From the NCBI GenBank assembly GCA_963774105.1, contig CAVZDV010000003.1:4236-68235 (forward strand): a DNA stretch of 64,000 nt. Direction: 5' to 3'. Origin of the DNA: an uncultured Acidobacteriota bacterium. GTDB taxonomy: Bacteria; Acidobacteriota; Blastocatellia; Pyrinomonadales; Pyrinomonadaceae. Positions 10,516 through 18,300 of this stretch are shown in pieces (the first letter of the stretch is position 1; every line of letters begins with the position of its first letter). The notes under the pieces were generated by a model. It made no database searches and had not been told where the DNA came from. It was given only the letters and a program-made list of their open reading frames with translations. The position numbers and the translations under genes are program-made.

Positions 10516-12708
10516 TCAGGGACCGCTCCCCGTAAAGTTGGTCGCCGCGCCCGCCGCTAGGTTGCCGCTCAGGTTAGAGATGCTGCGCGTCGTCGGCGTG
10601 AAGGTGAAGCCGCTTCTGGTCGGCTTGATGGTGTAGTTCCTGCCGGCCGGGACGTTGGTGAACGTGTAGTTGCCCGCGCTGCCGGTCAGCACCGTGCGCG
10701 CGGCGAAGTTGGCGGGCGTGGGGCTCGTCAGGGTCATCGTCACGCCGCCGATGCCGTTGGTCGTGCCCGTCCGCGTGACGCGCCCGCTGACGGTGTAGAC
10801 CTTAACGAGGAAGTTAACTGCCGTCTGGTTCGAGACAAGACCGCTGAGCGATTTGCTCGCGGGGTTGAACTGGTAGCCGGACTTCGTCGGGGTGACGACG
10901 TAGCTGCGGCCCGCCGGGACGCTCGTGAAAGAGTAAGCGCCCGTGCTGTTGGTCGTGACGACGCGCGGGGTGAAGCCGGCGGGGCTCGGGCTCGTCAACT
11001 TCATGGAGACGCCGCCGAGTGCGGCTGTGCCAATTTTGACAGTGCCCGCGATGGCGTAGGTCTGCGTGGGCGCTCCCTTCGGCAGAATCAGGAGCGTCAC
11101 GCTCTGCGGCGGGACGGAGAGTTGCAGGCTGGTGCCCGTGTAGGCGAGGTCGTTGAGGCGCGTGATGACGTTGGCGTTGGTCAGCTGCCAGACCTGTGCG
11201 GAGCCCGCGCCCGTGAAGTTGGAGAGGTTGACGGTCACGGGCGTCTCGCCCGAGAGTTGTTTGCCGACGAGCATGACGGTCAGCGCGCCGTCAGCAGTGC
11301 GCTCGGCGGCGAAGGCCGAAAGGTTGTCAGGGTTCGGGACCGCCGCGCGCACGCTCGTCTCGCCGAAGGCGGACTTGTTGCCGTCGTAATTGCGGTACAG
11401 CTTGATGGCCTTGTAAGTCGGCGTGGAGGCGGCGGGCGTCGTCCAGCGCGCGGCCATGTCCAGGCCCTCGCGCCCGAAGATGCCGAGGATGTCAGCCTGC
11501 GCCGTGGCCCCGTTGATGTGAGCTTCCGCGCCCCAGTTGTACTCGGTGACGGCCGTCTTCGTCCCAGGGTAGTTAGCGGCGACCCAGCCGCGCAGCCGCG
11601 GGATTAACTGGACGCGGTCGTTAATCCAAGTCTCGTCCGTGTAGGAGGAATCCCAGAGCGAGCGCGTCGAGCGGTTGCGGCGCAGCTGCATCGCGCTTGA
11701 GATGTCGTCGCTGAACTCGCCGCCTTGCGGGTAGTAGTGGACGCTGAAGAAGTCTAGCAGGCGCTGGCCCGTGGCCGCCTCCCGCTGGCGCAATTGGCCC
11801 AAAAGCCAGGGCAGGTAGTCCGCCCCGCCGTGGCTCGCGCGGTCGGGCAGGTTGCCCCAGCCGTGCAAACTCCCGTACTGCTGGTCGTAGCCGCTGAAGA
11901 GATACCCGCTCCAGCCCCACTCCTCCGGGCCGACGACGACAGCCGACGAGTCCACGGCCTTGATCCTCGCGGCGTAGTCGAAAATCCTGTCCCGTATCTC
12001 CTCCATCGTCGCGCCCGCAGGGTGCACGTCCCTGTGCGTCGAGTGCCAGATGCTAGGCTCGTTGTCCAGGATGTAGAAGCGCAAGCCCCCGGTCGCGGCA
12101 GTGCCCCAGCGGCCGACGAGGTGTTGCACCCAGTCGCGCTGGAACAGTGAGTCGGCGGGGGCGTTCGCGTCGGCAGGGTTGTTGCCCGTGACGAAGCCGC
12201 CGCCGGCTTTGATTCCGTTGCCGGCGTCCGGGAACCACTGCCAGTCGCTGCCGGTCTGCGGGCCGTATTTACTGATGGAAAAGCTCGCCAGCTTGGAGCG
12301 GTCGGGGCCGAGTTTGGCGACCCAGCCGATCATGGGGATGGTCAGCATGGCGTCTGCGCCCGCGGCCTTCGCGTCCGCGATGAAGGCGTCCGCAGACTCG
12401 CCGGCCACGGCGTTGCCGTCCGAGATGCTTTCGTAGTACCAGTCGTTCGCGCGGTTGCTCGCGTTCAATTGCCAGTTGTAGCGCGTGGCCGCGTTGCCGC
12501 CGCTGCGGTTGAGCGGGCAGTTCAGGTCGGCCAACTGTGCGAAGTCCGCGTAGGCCACGCCGTAGACGAGCGGGCTGATGTTGCGGCGGTCGGCGGCCGC
12601 GTCAACGCCGACCGTGACCGCCGGATTTTGTGCCAGCGCGACACGCGCGGGCCACAACGCCACGCAGAGCAACAGGCAGACACAGGCCAACACACCACGG
12701 CGTAACAT
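10516..12708 (-). CDS. Glycoside hydrolase family 44-like endoglucanase/xyloglucanase with two C-terminal CarboxypepD_reg-like domains
   Basis: GGNAATRYNWQLNASNRANDWYYES, FYILDNEPSIWHSTHRDVHP and TEYNWG blocks. Two tandem ~85-aa repeats (GTVKIGTAALGGVSMKLTSP...TNSTGAYSFTSVPAGRSYVVTP / GRVTRTGTTNGIGGVTMTLTSP...GSAGNYTFTNVPAGRNYTIKP). Signal peptide from the Met at 12708. Confidence 0.8.
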   Translation of the reverse strand: MLRRGVLACVCLLLCVALWPARVALAQNPAVTVGVDAAADRRNISPLVYGVAYADFAQLADLNCPLNRSGGNAATRYNWQLNASNRANDWYYESISDGNAVAGESADAFIADAKAAGADAMLTIPMIGWVAKLGPDRSKLASFSISKYGPQTGSDWQWFPDAGNGIKAGGGFVTGNNPADANAPADSLFQRDWVQHLVGRWGTAATGGLRFYILDNEPSIWHSTHRDVHPAGATMEEIRDRIFDYAARIKAVDSSAVVVGPEEWGWSGYLFSGYDQQYGSLHGWGNLPDRASHGGADYLPWLLGQLRQREAATGQRLLDFFSVHYYPQGGEFSDDISSAMQLRRNRSTRSLWDSSYTDETWINDRVQLIPRLRGWVAANYPGTKTAVTEYNWGAEAHINGATAQADILGIFGREGLDMAARWTTPAASTPTYKAIKLYRNYDGNKSAFGETSVRAAVPNPDNLSAFAAERTADGALTVMLVGKQLSGETPVTVNLSNFTGAGSAQVWQLTNANVITRLNDLAYTGTSLQLSVPPQSVTLLILPKGAPTQTYAIAGTVKIGTAALGGVSMKLTSPSPAGFTPRVVTTNSTGAYSFTSVPAGRSYVVTPTKSGYQFNPASKSLSGLVSNQTAVNFLVKVYTVSGRVTRTGTTNGIGGVTMTLTSPTPANFAARTVLTGSAGNYTFTNVPAGRNYTIKPTRSGFTFTPTTRSISNLSGNLAAGAATNFTGSGP

Positions 12709-12811
12709 CCGAGAGACCTCCGAATTCAAATTCAAGCTGCGGGGGCAAGTGAATCGCGTCGCTGTTGCGTGTGAGATGGGACGCTGACTACTTCGGCGGA
12801 AGAAATTTTAA

Positions 12812-13123
12812 CTTACCGGCGGACGCTCCGACAAGGAGATTGTTTCAGTCAGAAGCGGCTTCAACGCTCCGCACAGGAGTCCGTTCGAGCAGAGGGATGA
12901 GAACCTGCGCGGCATCCGCAAGCTGGGCCGCAAGCGGTGGAAGAAAGCGAGCACCTACCATCAGCGCTCACTGGTGGAGTGTGCTTTCTTCCGATTGAAG
13001 ACGGTCTTCTCGGATAAGCTGAGGTCACGAACAGAGGAGAGGCAGAAGATAGAAGCAACTATCAGATGTGTGGCGCTGAACAGGATGACGAAGTTGGGAA
13101 TGCCGAAGAGTGTCGCCGTGTAA
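12812..13123 (+). pseudogene. IS5-family transposase C-terminal relic
   Basis: Stop-bounded frame with no start codon: LTGGRSDKEIVSV...RDENLRGIRKLGRKRWKKASTYHQRSLVECAFFRLKTVFSDKLRSRTEERQKIEATIRCVALNRMTKLGMP. This matches the C-terminal YH.RSL.E..MFR.K block I associate with IS5-group DDE transposases. The upstream part is missing. Confidence 0.7.
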
Positions 13124-13201
13124 GGCTGGCATCAATCATCGGCGGGAGTCTACTCGCTCACTCCATTTGTGCAACAACGCCCCGTTTCCCGATTCAATAA
13201 G

Positions 13202-14041
13202 CTACGCCTCCGGTATATTATTTACAGCTACACTCTCGCCATCTGTTTGCATAAACCAGATGTGCAGTTGCTCTATTATCTGGGCATTAGGAGAGTTATG
13301 AAAAATGAATGTTCCAGCGGTGTACACGCGCTCAGACCCTATATCATAAATATCTACGGTGAGTGCCGCAAGCCTTCTACTTATAATCATAATGTCTGCA
13401 CCCAATATGGTTTTGGCTTTTTTTACCGAAATCTTATCAGGCTTGCTGCGTTTAATCTCTAGCATCTTACTACAATGCTCAATCAATCGCTGCTTTATAC
13501 GTCCCTGTTGTATTTTGCCGTCCTTTGGGCCTTCATCAAAACAGAGTATGCGCCGATATTTGACGCCTGTTTCATTAGCCTTCTGTATTAGGCTTGAATA
13601 ATACTCATCCCTTGCCTGCTTATGATCATCAGTTTCACCAGGATGTTCTGTTACGTCACTAGGTCTATGATAGGTCATAACTAAAATTTCATCTCCAGAA
13701 GAGACATTTCGGATAAACTCACACAGCCTCTTGTAATAAGCTCCGTGACTTATATCAAAACTTTCAAACACTAATTCAGCAGGAGTTCCAAAGAAATCTC
13801 TAAAGGCCAGCTCTCGTTTTTCAGCTCGTCTGGCGAAAGTAATCATTGTTAAAGATATAACCGCCATCAGGACAGATAGCAAAATAAAGCTCGCTATGAG
13901 CAGTTTAATCTCCGTTGTATAGATTGGCCTTACTATTTCCCCTACAAGCCAGCCGCCCACTGCACCAAAAGCAAGCCCAGGCAAGGAGGTAATAACAGCC
14001 CACCGAATTGAATTTCTGAAATTATTGGTCTCATTATCCAT
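13202..14041 (-). CDS. AT-rich orphan membrane-anchored protein, function unknown
   Basis: 279 aa with an ATG start. Codon usage is visibly AT-rich, unlike the neighbours. N-terminal TM helices (WAVITSLPGLAFGAVGGWLVG, LLIASFILLSVLMAVISLTMITF) plus a ~190-aa soluble domain with no motif I recognise. Confidence 0.6.
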   Translation of the reverse strand: MDNETNNFRNSIRWAVITSLPGLAFGAVGGWLVGEIVRPIYTTEIKLLIASFILLSVLMAVISLTMITFARRAEKRELAFRDFFGTPAELVFESFDISHGAYYKRLCEFIRNVSSGDEILVMTYHRPSDVTEHPGETDDHKQARDEYYSSLIQKANETGVKYRRILCFDEGPKDGKIQQGRIKQRLIEHCSKMLEIKRSKPDKISVKKAKTILGADIMIISRRLAALTVDIYDIGSERVYTAGTFIFHNSPNAQIIEQLHIWFMQTDGESVAVNNIPEA

Positions 14042-14513
14042 TTAAACCTCCTACCTTAATCCCAAAGGCCTAACGCGGCGATTGACCGGGCGGGAAGTAT
14101 CTGCGAATTGACTCAAGTTCTCGATGAGAGGCACGCTCATCCCGCTCCGGTCGAATCGCTTGTTAGACCGCCCGATGATTGTATCATTCAACTCGCATTT
14201 GGTTTGCTCAGTTACATCACGCAAGCCTGAGCTGTCTCGTTTATGCGAAGCGTGTCTAACACTAATTAGGCCGCAGTCGCTTCCGCCTGATTATGCCGCT
14301 AGCGGTAATCCCCGATAAAGGCGACTGCGGTATAATTAGTCATGTGAGGGTTAATTACCGCTCCCGGCGGTATAACACACCTCAGGAATGACTATTACCG
14401 CTCAAGTGATATGAGGCTAACGAGAACAACACTCATTAGCGAGACGCGCGAGGCGCAGACGCGGGCGCACAATATTCCCGTCGAAAGGTGAATGTCAATA
14501 GCGGCCGCTTTAA

Positions 14514-14647
14514 AGTAGTGTCCTAATTACATTTCCTCTGTGTTCCTCTGTGTCCTCCGTGGTGAATGAATCCTGAAGGAATACTCACCACGGAGGACAC
14601 AGAGGAACACAGAGGTGGACAAAGAAAAACTGAAATCAGGACACTAC
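14514..14647. mobile_element. MITE-like element with terminal inverted repeats and 9-bp target-site duplication
   Basis: Ends are AGTAGTGTCCT ... AGGACACTAC. The element is flanked on both sides by CCGCTTTAA (14505..14513 and 14648..14656). The core is a perfect 31-bp inverted repeat: 14535..14565 CCTCTGTGTTCCTCTGTGTCCTCCGTGGTGA and its exact complement at 14585..14615. Confidence 0.75.
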
Positions 14648-14686
14648 CCGCTTTAACTTTGTCTGATTTAGAATTTTTGTGCAGAG

Positions 14687-17215
14687 TCAGTTACTCACCG
14701 CCAGTGTGAGTTTGCCGCGCAGTTCTATCTGGGCGGAGGAGCGGCCGACGAGGATATCGTAGTCGCCGGGCTCGGCGTGCCACTGTTTGGCCGCGGCGTC
14801 GTAGTAGGAGAACGAGCGCGCGTCGAGCGGGACGGTCACTTTGCGGGTCTCGCCGGGCCGCAGTCTCACTTTGGCGAAGCCTTTCAATTCTTTGGCCGGG
14901 CGCGGCACCTTCGAGTGCGTGTCGCCGACGTAAACCTGGGCCACTTCCGCGCCCTCGCGGCTCCCGGTGTTCTGCACGTCGAAGGAGACTTCGTAGCGCG
15001 AAGACCCGCCCTTGACCGAGAGGTTGCTGTACTTGAACGTCGTGTAAGAGAGTCCGTGGCCGAAGGGGAAGAGCGGAGTCGTGTTGTTCTTCTCGTAGCC
15101 GCGATAGCCCACGAAGACGCCCTCCTTGTATTCGACGCGGTTGGTGTCCGCGGAGGCAGGGTAGTAACTGGCGTGCGCCGGGTTGTCCTCCCACTTGCGC
15201 TCGAACGTGACGGGCAGGCGGCCCGAGGGGTTTACGTCGCCGAAGAGAATCTCGGCCAGGGCCGTGCCGCCCTCCTGTCCCGGATACCATGCCTGTATGA
15301 CCGCCGGCGTGCCGTCGAGCCACGCCGTCATGTCTGCGCCCCCGCCCCCCGTGAGCACCACCACAGTGTTCTTGTTCGCGGCGGCGACCTGCCGAATCAA
15401 GTCGTCCTGTCCGGGCGGCAGGCGGAACGTCCTGTCGGAGCCTTCGCTCTCCGTCTCGTAATCGTAGCCCGCGGCGACCACGACCGCGTCGGCCATCGAG
15501 GCGAGCTTCAACACCTCAGGGGCAACCGTCTGCCCCTGCCGGAAGATTCCCAGGCGCAGCCGGCCGCCGAGCCACTGCGAGCGCCCGCGCTGCTCAAGCA
15601 CTATCTTGTGCGGCGTCGCGTCTAGCTGAAGCGTGACGCTCCCGCCGAGCGCGCGGTTCTCCATCCAGTTATCAATCACTAGCTTGTCGTCCACGTAGAG
15701 GCGGTGAGCGCCGCCGTCCTCGCCCGTTGACTGGACGAAGATTTCGTGCACGCCCGCCTGCTGCGGGACGAAGTAGCCCGTGCGGCGCGACGACAGGGCT
15801 TGCTCCGGGAGGACCGTGCGAGCGCCCGGCCCGAGGCTGACGACTCGCTCCGTGCGCGTCAACACAGGAGTCCCTTCCAGCTTGTCGTTCGTGAAGTATT
15901 CGGCGGTCAGGCCGGGCTTGCCCGCGGTCGCGGCGGTCTGGAAGCCGGTCGCCTCTGCCAGATCGCTCAAGCTTGACAGGCCGGGACTGTAATAGACGCG
16001 GCCGGCCGGGCCGAGGTAGTTGTTCAAGCCTTCCAGGTAGCTGACGGCCACGAACGGCTCGACGCGCGCGCTGCCGCCCCCGACAGGGGACGCGGGGTAA
16101 GCGAGCGGGCCTATGACGGCGATGGACTTTATCTTCTTCTTGTCGAGCGGCAGCACGTTGCGATCGTTCTTCAAGAGCACCATCGCCTCGCGCGCGGCGT
16201 CGAGAGCGACCAGGCGGCCCTGCTGGTTCAAGCGCGGGACGGAGCGATCCGTCTGGTCGCGGTCGAGCCAGCCGAAGCGGGCGGCCGTGCGCAGGATGCG
16301 GCGCACCTTGTCGTCAATGGTGGCGGCCGCGACCTTGCCATCCTTGATTGCCGGCATGAGGTTCTGGCGGTTCATGTGCGCGCCCGAAGGCATCTCTAAA
16401 TCCTGGCCCGCATTCGCCGCGGCCACGCCGTCGTAAGTCGCGAACCAGTCGGACATCATCACGCCGTCGAAGCCCCACTCCTTTTTCGCCACGTCCGTCA
16501 GCAGGTACTTATTCTGCGACGCGTGCTCGCCGTTGACGAGGTTGTAAGAGTCCATGATGGCCCCGACGCGCGCCTCCTTGACCGCCGCCTCGAACGTCGG
16601 CAGGTAAATCTCGCGCATCGTGCGCTCGTCAATGATGGAGTCCGTGCGGTGGCGGTTGAACTCGGAGTTGTTCCCCATGAAATGCTTGACCGTCGCCGTG
16701 ACGCCCTGCGACTGCACGCCCTTGATGTAGTCCACGGTGAGGCGCGAGGCCAGGAAGGGGTCTTCGCCGAAGTACTCGAAGTTGCGCCCGTTCATCGGCG
16801 CGCGGTAGATGTTGACGCCCGGGCCGAGCAGGAAGTGAACGCCCTTGGCGCGCGCGTCACGCCCGAGTTCCACGCCGACGCGGTTCGCCAACTGCGGGTT
16901 CCACGTCGCCGCCAGCGCGATGCCGCCCGCGAAGGCCGTGGCCCGGCCGAAGTTGCGCACGCCCAAGGGGCCGTCGGCCATCTTCATGCGCGGGACTTTG
17001 AGGCGCGGGATGTCGCGTATGAAAAAGTCGTCCACGCCGCCGATGAAGTCTATCTTCTCCTCAAGCGTCATCTGGCTCAGGATCGCCTCGACGCGGCGCT
17101 CTATCTCGGCGGAAGACTGCGCGGGCGACTGTGCCAATATCGGCGCGGAGGCGTTGCAGAGAAAGCAGAGGGCCAAAACAAACGTCTTCAGTTTTCGCAT
17201 GGAGTTTACCTTCAC
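14687..17215 (-). CDS. Glycoside hydrolase family 3 beta-glucosidase with PA14 insert
   Basis: KHFMGNNSE and GVMMSDW (nucleophile context). PA14-like insert (LTAEYFTNDKLEGTPV...). C-terminal Fn3-like domain (EVSFDVQNTGSREGAEVAQVYV). Signal peptide present. The start may be 17200. Confidence 0.9.
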   Translation of the reverse strand: MKVNSMRKLKTFVLALCFLCNASAPILAQSPAQSSAEIERRVEAILSQMTLEEKIDFIGGVDDFFIRDIPRLKVPRMKMADGPLGVRNFGRATAFAGGIALAATWNPQLANRVGVELGRDARAKGVHFLLGPGVNIYRAPMNGRNFEYFGEDPFLASRLTVDYIKGVQSQGVTATVKHFMGNNSEFNRHRTDSIIDERTMREIYLPTFEAAVKEARVGAIMDSYNLVNGEHASQNKYLLTDVAKKEWGFDGVMMSDWFATYDGVAAANAGQDLEMPSGAHMNRQNLMPAIKDGKVAAATIDDKVRRILRTAARFGWLDRDQTDRSVPRLNQQGRLVALDAAREAMVLLKNDRNVLPLDKKKIKSIAVIGPLAYPASPVGGGSARVEPFVAVSYLEGLNNYLGPAGRVYYSPGLSSLSDLAEATGFQTAATAGKPGLTAEYFTNDKLEGTPVLTRTERVVSLGPGARTVLPEQALSSRRTGYFVPQQAGVHEIFVQSTGEDGGAHRLYVDDKLVIDNWMENRALGGSVTLQLDATPHKIVLEQRGRSQWLGGRLRLGIFRQGQTVAPEVLKLASMADAVVVAAGYDYETESEGSDRTFRLPPGQDDLIRQVAAANKNTVVVLTGGGGADMTAWLDGTPAVIQAWYPGQEGGTALAEILFGDVNPSGRLPVTFERKWEDNPAHASYYPASADTNRVEYKEGVFVGYRGYEKNNTTPLFPFGHGLSYTTFKYSNLSVKGGSSRYEVSFDVQNTGSREGAEVAQVYVGDTHSKVPRPAKELKGFAKVRLRPGETRKVTVPLDARSFSYYDAAAKQWHAEPGDYDILVGRSSAQIELRGKLTLAVSN

Positions 17216-17292
17216 TTCAGATTAGAGAGTTTTCGCGCGGCTCGGCCGGGGCGGAGAATGGCGCTCGCCCGAAAAGTAAGCGGCTGATTGTC

Positions 17293-17811
17293 TCAACGGA
17301 ATGCCTCGCGCGTGGCCGCATAGTACACCGTATCCAGCCCGTTCGTACATTCCCTTTTCCAAAAAGTCATCCCGGCCTTCTGCAACACCCTCAGGGACGC
17401 CGCGTGCGCCGCGTCCGTGCTCGCCTCGACGCGCCCGAACCCCAGGCGCTCAAATCCGTAGCCCAACATGGCCCGCGCCATCTCCGTCGCGAGCCCCATG
17501 TTCCAGTAGCCTTCGGACAATCCGTAGAGCAGTTCCAGCTTCGGCGGATCGTGAAAGAACCAGAAGCCGCAGAAGCCGATCAACGCGTCTTCCTTCGGAA
17601 GCGAGGCCGCCCACAGCCCGAACCCTTCGGCCTCGAACGAATGGACGCTGGCTTCGATGACTGACCGGGCGCGCTCCTTCGGAATCACCTCGTCGTCCCA
17701 CAGAAACTTGCGCACGCCCGGCTCCACGAAGAGCCTGTGCAGTTCGTCCAGGTCTTCCGGCCTGAACGGCCGGAGCCGCAGGCGGGTCGTCTCGATGACG
17801 AAAGGTTCCAT
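17293..17811 (-). CDS. GNAT N-acetyltransferase (RimJ/RimL-like)
   Basis: TTRLRLRPFRPEDLDELHRLF ... GYWNMGLATEMARAMLGYGFERLGFGRVEASTDAAHAASLRVLQKAGM. The internal Met at 17811 is preferred over the track start 17877. Confidence 0.8.
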   Translation of the reverse strand: MEPFVIETTRLRLRPFRPEDLDELHRLFVEPGVRKFLWDDEVIPKERARSVIEASVHSFEAEGFGLWAASLPKEDALIGFCGFWFFHDPPKLELLYGLSEGYWNMGLATEMARAMLGYGFERLGFGRVEASTDAAHAASLRVLQKAGMTFWKRECTNGLDTVYYAATREAFR

Positions 17812-17930
17812 CACGAAAAGAGTTTGCAGAAGGTCTGTGACGTAGAGCGGCCTTAATATATCGTAAAGCCGCGCCACGCGAGAGGATTTTGTGGGGGAGG
17901 GAAATCGGGCGGGAAAGAGCGTCGTCCGGG

Positions 17931-18134
17931 TTATGAGCGTTGAGAGTCGTCTTCCGGCTTCTCGGCTTCGCAGGCGTCGCCGGGCGCGGAGCCGGCGGGC
18001 GTTTCGCCGGTCGGGCCGGCGGCCGTCTCTACCTCTGCGCCGCAGCGGGCACAGAAGATTCTGGTCGTGCGGTGGCTGTGTGTTACGAGAAGGCGCTCGG
18101 TCTCGACTGTAATCTCTGTTCTCCTCTTGGTCAT
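17931..18134 (-). CDS. Small hypothetical protein (67 aa)
   Basis: MTKRRTEITVETERLLV...FCARCGAEVE with an acidic tail. Divergent from the regulator at 18301. Coding status is uncertain. Confidence 0.4.
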   Translation of the reverse strand: MTKRRTEITVETERLLVTHSHRTTRIFCARCGAEVETAAGPTGETPAGSAPGDACEAEKPEDDSQRS

Positions 18135-18300
18135 CGGGGCCTCCCTTTGAAAACTTTTCTAACGGGGCCGCGCGCTTCGGGTTATAATCCGAACCCTCGC
18201 TTGGCCTCTCCGCGGAAAGTAACTCACAGAGCTTTTGGAGTAGTTAGGGGCGATTGAGATTTTTCTGAAAGAGTTCTGAAGGCCCACCCGGGAGGCAGAG

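Noticed and set aside
14241-14440. Second copy of the 21-bp TAATCAC array
   Set aside because: It shares the words TTATGCC, GGTAATC and ATTACCG, and has one 12-bp inverted repeat (GGCCGCAGTCGC/GCGACTGCGGTA). However, TTA-unit spacing is irregular (25, 25, 45, 15, 44 nt), and there are no TAATCAC-NN-GTGATTA dyads.
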